Positions 20,113-30,408 of a stretch of DNA of 64,000 bases are shown in pieces. The notes under the pieces are model-generated. The model worked only from the letters and a program-made list of their open reading frames with translations, was not told the DNA's origin and searched no databases. Location of the stretch: assembly GCA_963674595.2 (NCBI GenBank), contig CAXXFV010000016.1, positions 192,001-256,000 of the forward strand, in the 5' to 3' direction. The DNA comes from a bacterium. Its GTDB lineage: Bacteria; Zhuqueibacterota; Zhuqueibacteria; Residuimicrobiales; Krinioviventaceae. The translations under genes and the position numbers were made by a program. Every line of letters begins with the position of its first letter. Position 1 is the first letter of the stretch.

Positions 20113-20682
20113 TTATTTTACCAAATTGGATATTTTTTTAAAATTTTCGTTTTCGGATGTTTCTAATAATTCAAATAAGGCGGCTTCAGTTGTTGTCAGG
20201 GTTATCCCTAGTTGCTGCATGCGTTTTAATGCAATTTCTTTATCATTCGTCTTCCGTGAACATACGGCATCCGTTGCAATATGGATTTGAAAACCGGCAT
20301 GTGAAAGGTCAAAAGCTGTTTGTAAAACACATACATGTGCTTCCATTCCGGAAATAATAATTTGTTCTAATTCAAATTTTTCCAATTGTTTCATTAAATC
20401 AGAGTTACAACATGTGGAAAAGCGTGTTTTTTCAATGGCTTGGTCGGTGAGAATTGTTTTTAGTTCCGGTACTGTTTCACCAAGCCCTTTCGGATATTGT
20501 TCTGTGTAAAATACAGGGATTTTTAAATGATTACACCCTTTAATAAGCTTTGTAGCGTTATCAATAATAATGTTTCTATCCGGCATTACCCTGGCTAATT
20601 TTTCCTGGATGTCGATAACGAGTAAAGCTGACTGTTCCCTGTTTAATAAATTTGGATGTCTGGGCATGTTGTTTTCTAACAT
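20113..20682 (-). CDS. Isochorismatase-family (YcaC-like) hydrolase
   Basis: LLVIDIQEKL, TEQYPKGLG, EKTRFS, GMEAHVCVLQT, DAVCSR. Confidence 0.9.
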   Translation of the reverse strand: MLENNMPRHPNLLNREQSALLVIDIQEKLARVMPDRNIIIDNATKLIKGCNHLKIPVFYTEQYPKGLGETVPELKTILTDQAIEKTRFSTCCNSDLMKQLEKFELEQIIISGMEAHVCVLQTAFDLSHAGFQIHIATDAVCSRKTNDKEIALKRMQQLGITLTTTEAALFELLETSENENFKKISNLVK

Positions 20683-20855
20683 AATTTACTCTTTCCAATA
20701 ATAATTAATCTGTGGTTAATTCTCATGTAACGCGAGAGATATTACATGTTTTTTAATTAGTTATTGTACTGAAAAGACATCAAAATGTTTAAGGAAAGAA
20801 AGTTTTTTAAATTTAATGGTAATATTAAATATGTTCAAATAAAATGAGACCGAAA

Positions 20856-21326
20856 CTACATGATTTCTACAATTTTATAAGATAATGTACCTGCCGGCAC
20901 TTGAATTTCAACAAGATCGTCTACTTCTTTACCTACCAATGCTTTTCCTACCGGCGAATCGATTGAAACGGCATCCGGGTCAAATGTGTTAAATTCTGCT
21001 GTTGGAATGATTTCATAAATAATTTCTTCTTTGTTTTTTGTGTCTACAATTTTTACACGGCTTCCAATATGCACTTTGGAATTGTTCAGCATTTCTTCCG
21101 TCATAACACGGGCTCTGGAAAGTGTTTCTTCCAAACGGGCAATTTTGCGTTCAACAAGAGATTGTTTCTCTTTTGCAGCATCATATTCCGCATTTTCGCT
21201 CAAATCTCCATGTTCTCGTGCTTCAGCAATCGCATTAATAGCTTTTGTTCGTTCCTCTTTTTTTAAATAGTTTAGTTCATTATGAAGCTTGTCAAATTGT
21301 TCCTGAGATAGATACATTGCCTTCAT
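20856..21326 (-). CDS. greA: Transcription elongation factor GreA
   Basis: AREHGDLSENAEYDAAKE, SIDSPVGKALVG. Confidence 0.96.
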   Translation of the reverse strand: MKAMYLSQEQFDKLHNELNYLKKEERTKAINAIAEAREHGDLSENAEYDAAKEKQSLVERKIARLEETLSRARVMTEEMLNNSKVHIGSRVKIVDTKNKEEIIYEIIPTAEFNTFDPDAVSIDSPVGKALVGKEVDDLVEIQVPAGTLSYKIVEIM

Positions 21327-21390
21327 TTATCAGCCTTTCATAATATATTATAAATTTTATATTTATTCTGTTTTCTTTGAGCTAATTTAT

Positions 21391-21439
21391 AAAAAAAACA
21401 AACCGAGTCAGAAAAAAAGATTTTCTAACTCGGTTTGTT
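21391..21439 (-). terminator. Intrinsic terminator within the greA 5' leader
   Basis: Minus strand AACAAACCGAGT-TAGAAAA-tcttt-TTTTCTG-ACTCGGTTTGTT-TTTTTT: 19-bp stem with one U-G pair and a U tract, 65 nt upstream of the greA ATG. Confidence 0.75.
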
Positions 21440-21444
21440 GAATA

Positions 21445-21473
21445 AAACTACTAAAAATTAACAAACAAGTCAA
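21445..21473 (-). promoter_or_regulatory. Putative sigma70 promoter of greA
   Basis: TTGACT(21473-68)-17 nt-TAGTTT(21450-45), immediately upstream of the leader hairpin. Confidence 0.6.
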
Positions 21474-21575
21474 GTAAAATCGGCTTTATTTCTGATTTTT
21501 CAAAAACCTTTGTTTTTTTCTCTAGTTCTATTATATTGCATGCTACTGATTTAAAAAAATTATGAAAGGTTCCCC

Positions 21576-23630
21576 ATGAAGCACCCAAAAAAAACCATCC
21601 CAAACTCCACAATTATGTGGACGCTCACCGATAAGGTTATTGAAAACAGTGAGGTTTTGGAACAACAATTTTTTGATATTATAAATGCCGGATTTGACGG
21701 TATAGCCCCGTTTGTACGATGCAGCCGGTATAATTGGGCTGCAAAACCTGCGCGCCAGGCAATTGCTCATGTTCGCAGTTTGTGCGAGAAACATGAAATT
21801 AAATTGTGGCTTTTTCCTGATCCTCGTTTTATTTCCCGAACAATTGTGCAAAAATCAAAAGGACTGCCTGTCCTTTTGTGCGGAGAACAGGTAATTGCCG
21901 AAAAGGTACCTCAATTATGCGATATTTCAAATGGCTCTTTTAATATACGCTGTCATGTCCCGCCGCGTAAAGGGCACATGATCAACGAGGTCGGCATAGA
22001 GTTTACACCCGTTAAACTCGCGGCTGTCTATGCCGTACGTGATAAAGATGTTATTGCTGATGATGATATTGTGGATATAACCTCACAAGCGCAGTTATTT
22101 TATAATGCTTTTGAACATTACGCAGAAGCTTTTGGAAAAATTAAAATTGAAGATGAGGAAAACTGGAAAGTCATGGCTTTTTTTGAGACGGTAGCTATAC
22201 ATTTTGATTTTTCCAATCCGCAACATTTAACGGATTATATTTCTATCCTTGTTGATTTTGCAAAGGAAACCGGCCAGGCAGATGCCTTTTTATGGGATGA
22301 ACCCGGATATACCTGTGTGTATGGGGCTTTTCCATTTTCCGAATACCTTCAGAATAATTTTTTAAAAAAGACCGGCATGTCCTTACAGGACAATTTATGG
22401 AAACTTGTTAGTAAAACGCAGGACAATTCGCATATCAGAGTCCGTTCTCATTATTTTAATGCTGTTCAGCAAAGTGTCAACAATGCTCAGAAAAAATCCT
22501 GGGATGCTGTTAAGAAAATATGGGGCGAACAAACCGCCTGTGGTATTCATGATACCTGGCATTTTGAAATGGGTGACATGGCGGATATGAATCACGGAAG
22601 CATGGATTTGTGGAAAGGCCTTATCTCCAAGGACGGCGGATATGTTGACCTGGGCGCTATTAATTATTTAAAAGAGCCGGATTCATTCTATTATAAAAAT
22701 TTCGCCGCATTATCCATGATGTGTAAATCTCTGGGTGTTTTTAGCCAGGATAAATATGCATTTAACAACATGTGGACAATAGGCGATGACGACGGTGAAG
22801 GCTGGCAGGTTACTGTTATGGATTATTGTGTCAATGCGATGATTATGCTTGGACAACGGTGGCTGGCACATATTTACGGTCCGGTTGGTGTTATAGGTGA
22901 AGAAGCCGGCTTTTTAGGCTCTCCTCCAATGCCAGGGCATCCGGACCACAGCACCTGGCCGCATTACCCGGAATGGAATGAAAGGTATGAAAAGCATTTG
23001 AACGATGTGCAACACAAACTGCCGGAAGCGAATGTTCTTGTCGTTTTTCCGGCGGAAACAATGTATGCGGCTGCAAATGCTGCATGTAACAAAACTGCAC
23101 TGGAGGTATTTGATATCATTCTTGATTTAATGGACCGTCATTATCAGATTGATGTTGTCTCTTCAGTTATTTTAGAAAAAGGAAAATGGCAGATGGGACA
23201 ATTTGCTGTAAATGATAGTAAATATGATTTGATTCTTTTGCCGTTTGCAAATATTTTACCGGACCATATTGTTAGCATATTAAGTGAGAATAAAGATAAA
23301 GTAATGTTTGTCGAATCTGTTCCTGAAACCAGTACAAATGGAGAAAAAATTGAGGCTGATATACAACATTATGCAAAGGACAGGAAAACCATGATTGATT
23401 TATTAGACCAAATGGATCTAAAAACAGTACAAGCTCCTGACAATTGCTGGGTATCTGTGACACAAACTGGTCAGGGACGTGTTATTTCCCTTTGTCCTGC
23501 GCGGCATACATATTGCTATGAAGGGAATGTCTCTTTTAACGGACAACAAATGAATATAGATCAATCGAAAGGTTTAACCAGAATATTGTTTCCTGAAAAT
23601 GGTCAACCACAAATTCTTTTTCATACTTGA
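21576..23630 (+). CDS. Hypothetical cytoplasmic glycoside-hydrolase-like protein (resembles GH106/GH42 architecture)
   Basis: TIM-barrel-like N-terminal part with AGFDG, FDFSNP and FLWDEPG; C-terminal NVLVVFP...YDLILLP glutamine-amidotransferase-like domain; no signal peptide. Confidence 0.45.
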   Translation: MKHPKKTIPNSTIMWTLTDKVIENSEVLEQQFFDIINAGFDGIAPFVRCSRYNWAAKPARQAIAHVRSLCEKHEIKLWLFPDPRFISRTIVQKSKGLPVLLCGEQVIAEKVPQLCDISNGSFNIRCHVPPRKGHMINEVGIEFTPVKLAAVYAVRDKDVIADDDIVDITSQAQLFYNAFEHYAEAFGKIKIEDEENWKVMAFFETVAIHFDFSNPQHLTDYISILVDFAKETGQADAFLWDEPGYTCVYGAFPFSEYLQNNFLKKTGMSLQDNLWKLVSKTQDNSHIRVRSHYFNAVQQSVNNAQKKSWDAVKKIWGEQTACGIHDTWHFEMGDMADMNHGSMDLWKGLISKDGGYVDLGAINYLKEPDSFYYKNFAALSMMCKSLGVFSQDKYAFNNMWTIGDDDGEGWQVTVMDYCVNAMIMLGQRWLAHIYGPVGVIGEEAGFLGSPPMPGHPDHSTWPHYPEWNERYEKHLNDVQHKLPEANVLVVFPAETMYAAANAACNKTALEVFDIILDLMDRHYQIDVVSSVILEKGKWQMGQFAVNDSKYDLILLPFANILPDHIVSILSENKDKVMFVESVPETSTNGEKIEADIQHYAKDRKTMIDLLDQMDLKTVQAPDNCWVSVTQTGQGRVISLCPARHTYCYEGNVSFNGQQMNIDQSKGLTRILFPENGQPQILFHT

Positions 23631-23637
23631 GGTTATA

Positions 23638-24705
23638 ATGAATCTTGATGAACATATTAACGGCGTTGTTAAACGAAGCCGCAATTTTTATATTAAAAAG
23701 GATAATGGACATATTTTATTAAATGTTCGGGTCCCCTATGGAAATATTTCCACACCACCTCTTTACTATTTTGATCTCGAAAGTCAACTGGATGAATATC
23801 TTGAATATCAGTTGAATGTATCGCGGGAAAAATGGAATGCCAAGGAGGGTTTGGAGGACGACTATATCCCTGCTATTTGTCCCCGATTTGGTGTAGCGGA
23901 ACATTCAGCCTGGCTGGGTGCCGAAGTGTTGTTGCAGGAAGATACGTGCCTGCCGGTTCCGTTTATAGAAAATATTGCTGATATTGACAGGCTTTTATTA
24001 AATAAAGAATCCTCATGGTTTCAACTGATGAAAAGAGGATATGAATTTTTACGCAGCAAAAAAGACGGTAGTTTTGTTTTGTCGGTTCGTGGTACCATGG
24101 CCCCTATGGACATTGCCAATGCCATACGTGGTGATTCCATGTTTACGGATTTTTTATTAAATCCTGAATTTGCTCACAAGCTTATGCAAAAATTGGTTGA
24201 GGCCATTCAGTGGTATTATAATCATATTCTGTCCTGGGCCGACAAGGTGCATGACGGACATGTTTATTATATGATGGACAATTGGATGGGACCCGATAGC
24301 CTTGGGCATTTGTCAAATGATGCTGCCATGCTCTGTTCTGCTGCTGTATACGAAGAGTTTGGATATCCCTATGAAGTAGAACTGGTTAAAAACTGGAAAA
24401 ATATTTTTTACCATGTTCATAACGAAAAGGTCCATTATTTTCCCAAACTGGTAGAATTACCGGGGCTGGCGTTGCTGGAAGTTTCTCAGGACCCGAAAAC
24501 AGTCCCGCCGATTGAAGATTTGGAAAATATATTCAATGTTACCGATTCGGTAAACCTGATGTTACACGCAACCAGTCAACAGGTCAGAGACCAAATTGAG
24601 ATGTTGAAAAAGAGAAATGTTTATCTAGATGTGACATGTGCCGATAAAAAAGATGCCCAGGATATTATCCAGTTTGTTCGAAAACATTCAAAACCGCTGG
24701 ATTAA
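23638..24705 (+). CDS. Uroporphyrinogen-decarboxylase/MtaA-CmuA-like TIM-barrel protein
   Basis: FGVAEHSAWLG, APMDIANAIRG-SMFTDFLLNPE, SND-AMLCS-YEEF-PY, YHVH; GAGG RBS before ATG 23638. Confidence 0.65.
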   Translation: MNLDEHINGVVKRSRNFYIKKDNGHILLNVRVPYGNISTPPLYYFDLESQLDEYLEYQLNVSREKWNAKEGLEDDYIPAICPRFGVAEHSAWLGAEVLLQEDTCLPVPFIENIADIDRLLLNKESSWFQLMKRGYEFLRSKKDGSFVLSVRGTMAPMDIANAIRGDSMFTDFLLNPEFAHKLMQKLVEAIQWYYNHILSWADKVHDGHVYYMMDNWMGPDSLGHLSNDAAMLCSAAVYEEFGYPYEVELVKNWKNIFYHVHNEKVHYFPKLVELPGLALLEVSQDPKTVPPIEDLENIFNVTDSVNLMLHATSQQVRDQIEMLKKRNVYLDVTCADKKDAQDIIQFVRKHSKPLD

Positions 24706-25788
24706 TTAAAAACGGGAATCTATAATCCCGCCGCCGATTAATAATTCATCCTGATAAAGAACCAGTGATTGTCCCGGTGTAACGGCCGGTCGTGGTTCGA
24801 CAAAATGGATTTTAACAGAATTATCTGTAAATTCTTTAATAACTGCCGGATATCCGGGGTCCCGGTATCTGATGCGGGCTTCTACCGGCATATCTGGTTC
24901 CGGCTTTTCAATGGACACCCAGTTTGTGTTTTTAGCAATGAGGCCATCGGATAATAAATCTTTTTTCAAGCCGATTCGGACCTCATTGTTTTTCGAATCA
25001 ATTTTCGTCACATAAACAGGGTGGCCCAAAGCAATGCCTAGTCCTTTCCTTTGACCAATGGTATAAAAAGGAAAGCCTTTGTGTTGTCCGATTGTTTCCC
25101 CTTCCTGGTTGACAATGTTCCCCTTTTCTATGGCAATGTTTTTTGTTTTAAACGTTTCTGTTAAATAATTATAAAGATCATTTTCCGGAATGAAACAAAT
25201 GTCCTGGCTTTCAGCTTTTTGAGCTATGTCGAGCTGTAAAGAAGCTGCGATTTCCCTTACCTTGTCTTTTTCAAGGTTTTCCAATGGAAACAGTGTATGG
25301 CTTAATTGCTCCTGTGACAGGCGCCATAACGCATAGGACTGGTCTTTTTGTTTGTTTGATGATTTTAAAAGCTGGTATCTGTTTAGATCTTTGTTGAACT
25401 GTAAATTCAGGTAATGTCCTGTGGCAATAAAATCAGCTCCCTGCGATTTTGCCAGTTCCAGCAACGCACCCCATTTAATTGTTTTGTTACATTGAACACA
25501 CGGATTTGGTGTGCGTCCTGCCAGGTATTCATCTACAAAATTGTTAATAACATGTTTTTGAAATTGATTTTTTATATCAAAGACAAAATGCGGGATGCCC
25601 AGCTTTTTGCAGACACCAGCCGCATCTTTGGCGGCCTTTTGTGCAGGATTCCCGGACGCATCAAAATGCATCATGGTTACACCAAAAACATCATGTCCTT
25701 GTTGTAACAGCAATGCCGCCGCAACGGAACTGTCAACTCCGCCGCTCATGGCAACGGCAATTTTTTTGTGATGTGAGTTTTTTGTCAT
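24706..25788 (-). CDS. mnmA: tRNA 2-thiouridine(34) synthase
   Basis: AMSGGVDSSVAA, TPNPCVQCN, ATGHY, KDQSY, ESQDICF, TIGQRKGL, TPGQS. Confidence 0.97.
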   Translation of the reverse strand: MTKNSHHKKIAVAMSGGVDSSVAAALLLQQGHDVFGVTMMHFDASGNPAQKAAKDAAGVCKKLGIPHFVFDIKNQFQKHVINNFVDEYLAGRTPNPCVQCNKTIKWGALLELAKSQGADFIATGHYLNLQFNKDLNRYQLLKSSNKQKDQSYALWRLSQEQLSHTLFPLENLEKDKVREIAASLQLDIAQKAESQDICFIPENDLYNYLTETFKTKNIAIEKGNIVNQEGETIGQHKGFPFYTIGQRKGLGIALGHPVYVTKIDSKNNEVRIGLKKDLLSDGLIAKNTNWVSIEKPEPDMPVEARIRYRDPGYPAVIKEFTDNSVKIHFVEPRPAVTPGQSLVLYQDELLIGGGIIDSRF

Positions 25789-27239
25789 AGTTTTTTTGCT
25801 AACGTAAAATAAAAATTCGAACCTTTATCTATTTTGCTGGTTACCTGTATTTTACTCCCGTGGGCTTCAACTATGTGTTTTACAATAGCCAGTCCCAATC
25901 CGGTACCTCCCACAGCTCTGGATCGTTCTTTATCTACACGATAGAAACGTTCAAATATGCGGGAAAGATGCTCCTCAGCTATCCCTTTGCCGGAATCTTT
26001 GACATAAATTGTTACATTTTTTTTGTTTTCCTCATAGCCGATTTCAACCGTACCGTTGGGTTTATTATATTTTATAGCGTTGGTTACCAGGTTTGTAATG
26101 ACCTGATTAAGACGTTGCTGGTCACCCAGCACTTCCAGTGGTTTGGAGTCTTGATTTTTATAATAAAGTTTGATATTGTTTTCAGTCACCATGGCTTGTA
26201 AATCTTCTACGAGTTTTTGCAGCCAGTCATGAATATTGAATCCGTAAAATGTCATTTTCATTTCACCGGATTCAATCCTTGAAATGTCAATCAGGTCCGT
26301 CAACAGCGTATTTAACCGAACGGCTTGCCGATAGGCTTTGGTAATGAACTTTTTTTGTGTAATAACATCACAATTATCATAATCAAGCAGGGTTTCCAGA
26401 TATCCCTGAACAGCAAATATCGGCGTACGAAGTTCATGAGATACATTACCGAGGAATTCAGTTCTCATTTTTTCCAGTTTCCGGAGCTGAACCAAATCAT
26501 CGCCAACTTTATCCATTGTTTCGTTTAATAAGGAAGCCAGTTTCCCGATTTCATCTTTTGAGTTGTGGTCAAATCGCTGCTTGAGGTTTCCGGCTTTAAT
26601 TTGTTCTGCAACTTTACTCATTTTAAATATCGGGTAGGTCAGTTTTGTTGAAATACGGTAACTTAGAATCGCTATAATAAGCCACGCCAGCCCACCGGCG
26701 CCAAATATTTTCCACCTAACCTGATTCAATATATGATTAACATCATGTAACGGCAAGGCAAGCCGAATAAACTGAACATCTTTTCTCCCCTCTGCCGTAT
26801 CAATATAGCTGTCTGTTTTTTGCGCTACATAAAACATTGACTGATTAATCGTGGCGCTTAGCCGGGAATTTTGCCCTGTACCCGAATTTAAAGCTTGCTG
26901 GATTTCCGGTCTGTCGAGATGATTTTCAATATAAATTATTGAATCCGGCATTACATTTGAATCAAAAACAACACGACCCACCGAATCGATGAGAGTCAGC
27001 CGTGTGCCCGAAGTTTTAACGAATGAAGACAAGAGGTTATGGTGTGTGTTATAAGAAGCAATATTTGTGTTTTTTAATAAAAAATCGAGTTCGTTTATCT
27101 GCACGTATAGTTGATTATATAATCTTGATTTAAAATATTTTTGAATTTCAAAGGAAGATATCAAACTTGAAACAATGGTGACAAATATAAGAAGTGATAA
27201 TGTTAATAAAATTAATTTTTTGCGAAGAGAAAGTTTCAT
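25785..27239 (-). CDS. phoR: Membrane sensor histidine kinase, PhoR-like (2 TM, HAMP, HisKA, HATPase)
   Basis: ENHLDRPEI periplasmic motif, NVSHELRTP, NLVTNAIKY, IFERFYRVDKERSR, GGTGLGLAIVKH; phosphate transporter next door. Confidence 0.85.
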   Translation of the reverse strand: MKLSLRKKLILLTLSLLIFVTIVSSLISSFEIQKYFKSRLYNQLYVQINELDFLLKNTNIASYNTHHNLLSSFVKTSGTRLTLIDSVGRVVFDSNVMPDSIIYIENHLDRPEIQQALNSGTGQNSRLSATINQSMFYVAQKTDSYIDTAEGRKDVQFIRLALPLHDVNHILNQVRWKIFGAGGLAWLIIAILSYRISTKLTYPIFKMSKVAEQIKAGNLKQRFDHNSKDEIGKLASLLNETMDKVGDDLVQLRKLEKMRTEFLGNVSHELRTPIFAVQGYLETLLDYDNCDVITQKKFITKAYRQAVRLNTLLTDLIDISRIESGEMKMTFYGFNIHDWLQKLVEDLQAMVTENNIKLYYKNQDSKPLEVLGDQQRLNQVITNLVTNAIKYNKPNGTVEIGYEENKKNVTIYVKDSGKGIAEEHLSRIFERFYRVDKERSRAVGGTGLGLAIVKHIVEAHGSKIQVTSKIDKGSNFYFTLAKKL

Positions 27240-27242
27240 AAA

Positions 27243-27929
27243 TTATTCGGTTTTGAATCGGTAGCCTACACCTTTAATTGTTTCAATATTGTCCATGTAA
27301 TTAACCCCAAGTTTTTCACGAATATTCCTGATATGAACATCGATTGTTCTGTCTACAACAACCACATTGTAACCCCAAATTTCGTTAAGCAATATTTCAC
27401 GCGTGATGACCCGACCCGGTCTTTGCGCCAGGTAGGTAAGAATTTCAAACTCTTTTTTTGTCAAGGTGAGTGGTTTACCGGCTATTTTAACTTCATAGCT
27501 GTCAGGATCAATAACAATATCACCAAACTGGAGTTTGCTTTCAATGGGAGGTGTTGTCCGGGTCTTTCGGAATACATTTTTTACCCGTGCCAATAGTTTT
27601 CTCATGCTTATTGGTTTTACAATATAGTCATCTGCACCCAGTTCCAAACCAACCACTTCATCTATTTCACTGTCTTTGGCTGTGAGAAATATAACAGGAA
27701 TATTTTCGGTTTCATTGTTTTTTCGTAGTTCTTTAATGACCTGAAGGCCGTCTTTACCGGGAAGCATAATATCCAAAAGAATGAGGTCCGGTTTAATTTC
27801 TTCAGCCAAATCCAATGCCTGTTCACCATCCATGGCCGTGAAAATTTTATATCCTTCTGCTTTTAAATTAAATTTTAATAACGAAAGGATATCTTTTTCA
27901 TCATCTACTATGAGAATTTTTTCAGTCAT
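27243..27929 (-). CDS. phoB: OmpR/PhoB-family response regulator
   Basis: ILIVDDE, LLDIMLPGKDG, GLELGADDYIVKP, LTKKEF, RTIDVHIRNIREKL, IETIKGVGYR. Confidence 0.85.
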   Translation of the reverse strand: MTEKILIVDDEKDILSLLKFNLKAEGYKIFTAMDGEQALDLAEEIKPDLILLDIMLPGKDGLQVIKELRKNNETENIPVIFLTAKDSEIDEVVGLELGADDYIVKPISMRKLLARVKNVFRKTRTTPPIESKLQFGDIVIDPDSYEVKIAGKPLTLTKKEFEILTYLAQRPGRVITREILLNEIWGYNVVVVDRTIDVHIRNIREKLGVNYMDNIETIKGVGYRFKTE

Positions 27930-28011
27930 TTTTTACCAAATATTTTTTTAAAAATGTTTGTTTACAATGTAAATGTAGCATCAATGATTGTCGAAATCAA
28001 GGTTTTTTATC

Positions 28012-28050
28012 TTAACAATTTCTTAACATTAAATTTATCCTGGCTTTATA
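28012..28050 (+). promoter_or_regulatory. Pho-box-like direct-repeat array with 11-bp period upstream of the PiT gene
   Basis: TTAACA(28012), TTAACA(28023), TTTATC(28034), TTTATA(28045). Confidence 0.65.
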
Positions 28051-28132
28051 AGAAATTACTAATATAACAACATTTTTATTTTTAATTGGTTTATTTTACA
28101 TTAAGGAAAGAATGGACCATAAATTTTTATAG

Positions 28133-30364
28133 GTGAAGAGAATGGAACTTTATTTTTTTATTATTATCGTGCTTTTTGGCCTGGCAATTTCTGATTTGAT
28201 TGTCGGTGTAAGTAACGATGCTGTGAATTTTTTAAATTCTGCTGTCGGCTCGCGAGTGGCACCGCGCTGGGTTATTATGATTATTGCCAGTATTGGAATG
28301 TTTGTTGGTGTGATGTTTTCCAGCGGTATGATGGAAGTGGCCCGTAAAGGTATCTTTAATCCATCAAATTTTGTAATGTCAGAGCTTGTTATTATCTTTC
28401 TTGCGGTTATGATTACAGACATTATTCTGCTGGATTTGTATAACACTTTTGGCTTACCAACTTCTACAACTGTTTCCATCGTGTTTGAGCTTTTAGGAGC
28501 TGCGCTTGCTGTTTCTATTATTAAAATTAAACAAAGCGGGCAGGATATGCAAGAGCTCATTAATTACATTAATACCGGGAAGGCGTTGGCAATCATAATG
28601 GGAATTTTGCTTTCCATTGTCATTGCTTTTACGGTTGGGGCCATAATTCAATTTTTTACACGCTTATTGTTTACTTTTGATTATAAAAAATCATTAAAAA
28701 GATATGGCGCTATTTGGGGTGGGCTGGCACTGACGTTTATAACATATTTTATACTTATTAAAGGTGCAAAAGGCGCTACCTTTATGAGTGATGAAACAGT
28801 TGCTTTTATAAAAGGAAATACGCTTTTAATTTTGGGTATGAGTTTTGTTGTTTGGGCTGTTATTCTTCAATTAATTGTATTGTTTTCAAATTTTAATATT
28901 TTAAAAATTATTGTACTTATTGGAACAGGGGCCCTGGCAATGGCCTTTGCGGCAAACGATCTGGTCAATTTTATCGGTGTGCCGTTAGCCGGTTTTCATG
29001 CTTTTAAATTTGCCTCTGCTAATCCTACAGACCCTTTAAATACAAATATGGCTGCTTTGGGCAAGGCTGTCAACACGCCAATGTTATTTTTACTTATTGC
29101 CGGTGCCATTATGGTTATAACTCTATGGATTTCGAAAAAAGCCCAAACTGTTACAAAAACCGAGGTGGGATTAGGCAAACAGGCGGATGATGGTGTAGAA
29201 CGATTTGAGCCATCACCACTATCCCGTACTATTGTGGGTATGATGTTAAACCTTTCTAATGGTATAGCATTTATTATCCCTTCTTCCTTGCAAAAGAAGA
29301 TTGGTAATAGATTTAACATTGTCAATGTAACATCGGACAATAAGAACGGCAAACCTGCTTTTGATTTAGTGCGTGCATCTGTTAATTTGGTGGTTGCCAG
29401 TGCTTTAATATCATTTGCAACTTCTTTAAAATTGCCTCTTTCAACAACCTATGTAACATTTATGGTTGCGATGGGGAGTTCTCTTTCTGACAGGGCCTGG
29501 GGACGGGAAAGCGCTGTTTATCGTGTTGCCGGTGTTTTAACAGTTATCGGCGGTTGGTTTTTTACAGCTTTTATGGCATCTACTGTCAGTATGTTGTTTG
29601 CCGTTTTAATTTATTTTTTCCACTTACCGGCTATTTTAGTTCTACTTTCATTGGCGGTATTTTTAATAGTTCATTCTTACCGTGTTCATAAAAATCGTGA
29701 ACAAGTTGAAGAAAAAAGTCAGGTTGTTGAAGTTGAGCAGAGCCCAATACAGTTTTCAACAGCATTAAGAAAACAATTTATCGAGTTCTATGAGCAATTA
29801 CTATCCATTTTTGAGTTGACTTTTGATGCAACATTTAATGAAAATAGAAAAAAACTTGGCATTGCATTAAAAGACTCGAATAAATTGAATAAAGAAGGAA
29901 AACGTTTGGTAACCAGTTTAATACAGCATATGCAAAAAGCTGAAGATAACCTTGAATTTAGCCCCAAGATGATTTGGCCTCTTCGGGAATCAAGCCGTCG
30001 TTTACGAATTTTGGTTGAGTATTGTCATAGTCACGTCGAAAACCATCATCGCGGATTAATTGATGAGCAAAAGGGGGAGTTGCTGGAAGTAAAAGCAGAA
30101 TTTGTTTTGTTAATGAAAAATGGAATTGAATCATTGGGAAATTCTGATTTTAAAGCCCTGGAACAATCTTTTGTTTACAGCGATACAATAACACAGCAAG
30201 TGGCCAAACTTAAACGACAACAGTTAAAAAGTGTTAAAAAAGGTCAAGTAAAAACACGCCAAAGTTTGTTATATTTGGCAATGATTGAACAGACAGAAGA
30301 TATTATGGAACAAATTTTGGAATTTTTTAGCGGTTTTAAAGATACATTTTCCACAATTAAATAG
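28133..30364 (+). CDS. Inorganic phosphate transporter (PiT/PHO4 family) with C-terminal PhoU-like helical domain
   Basis: GVSNDAVN, GLPTSTT, AFAANDLVNFIG, LPLSTTY signatures; soluble helical tail of about 200 aa. Confidence 0.9.
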   Translation: MKRMELYFFIIIVLFGLAISDLIVGVSNDAVNFLNSAVGSRVAPRWVIMIIASIGMFVGVMFSSGMMEVARKGIFNPSNFVMSELVIIFLAVMITDIILLDLYNTFGLPTSTTVSIVFELLGAALAVSIIKIKQSGQDMQELINYINTGKALAIIMGILLSIVIAFTVGAIIQFFTRLLFTFDYKKSLKRYGAIWGGLALTFITYFILIKGAKGATFMSDETVAFIKGNTLLILGMSFVVWAVILQLIVLFSNFNILKIIVLIGTGALAMAFAANDLVNFIGVPLAGFHAFKFASANPTDPLNTNMAALGKAVNTPMLFLLIAGAIMVITLWISKKAQTVTKTEVGLGKQADDGVERFEPSPLSRTIVGMMLNLSNGIAFIIPSSLQKKIGNRFNIVNVTSDNKNGKPAFDLVRASVNLVVASALISFATSLKLPLSTTYVTFMVAMGSSLSDRAWGRESAVYRVAGVLTVIGGWFFTAFMASTVSMLFAVLIYFFHLPAILVLLSLAVFLIVHSYRVHKNREQVEEKSQVVEVEQSPIQFSTALRKQFIEFYEQLLSIFELTFDATFNENRKKLGIALKDSNKLNKEGKRLVTSLIQHMQKAEDNLEFSPKMIWPLRESSRRLRILVEYCHSHVENHHRGLIDEQKGELLEVKAEFVLLMKNGIESLGNSDFKALEQSFVYSDTITQQVAKLKRQQLKSVKKGQVKTRQSLLYLAMIEQTEDIMEQILEFFSGFKDTFSTIK

Positions 30365-30372
30365 CTGATTTG

Positions 30373-30407
30373 AAAGCTCTTGTATAATTTTTACAAGAGC
30401 TTTTTTT
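30373..30407 (+). terminator. Intrinsic terminator after the PiT gene
   Basis: AAAGCTCTTGTA-loop-TACAAGAGCTTT followed by a T tract. Confidence 0.8.
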
Positions 30408-30408
30408 A

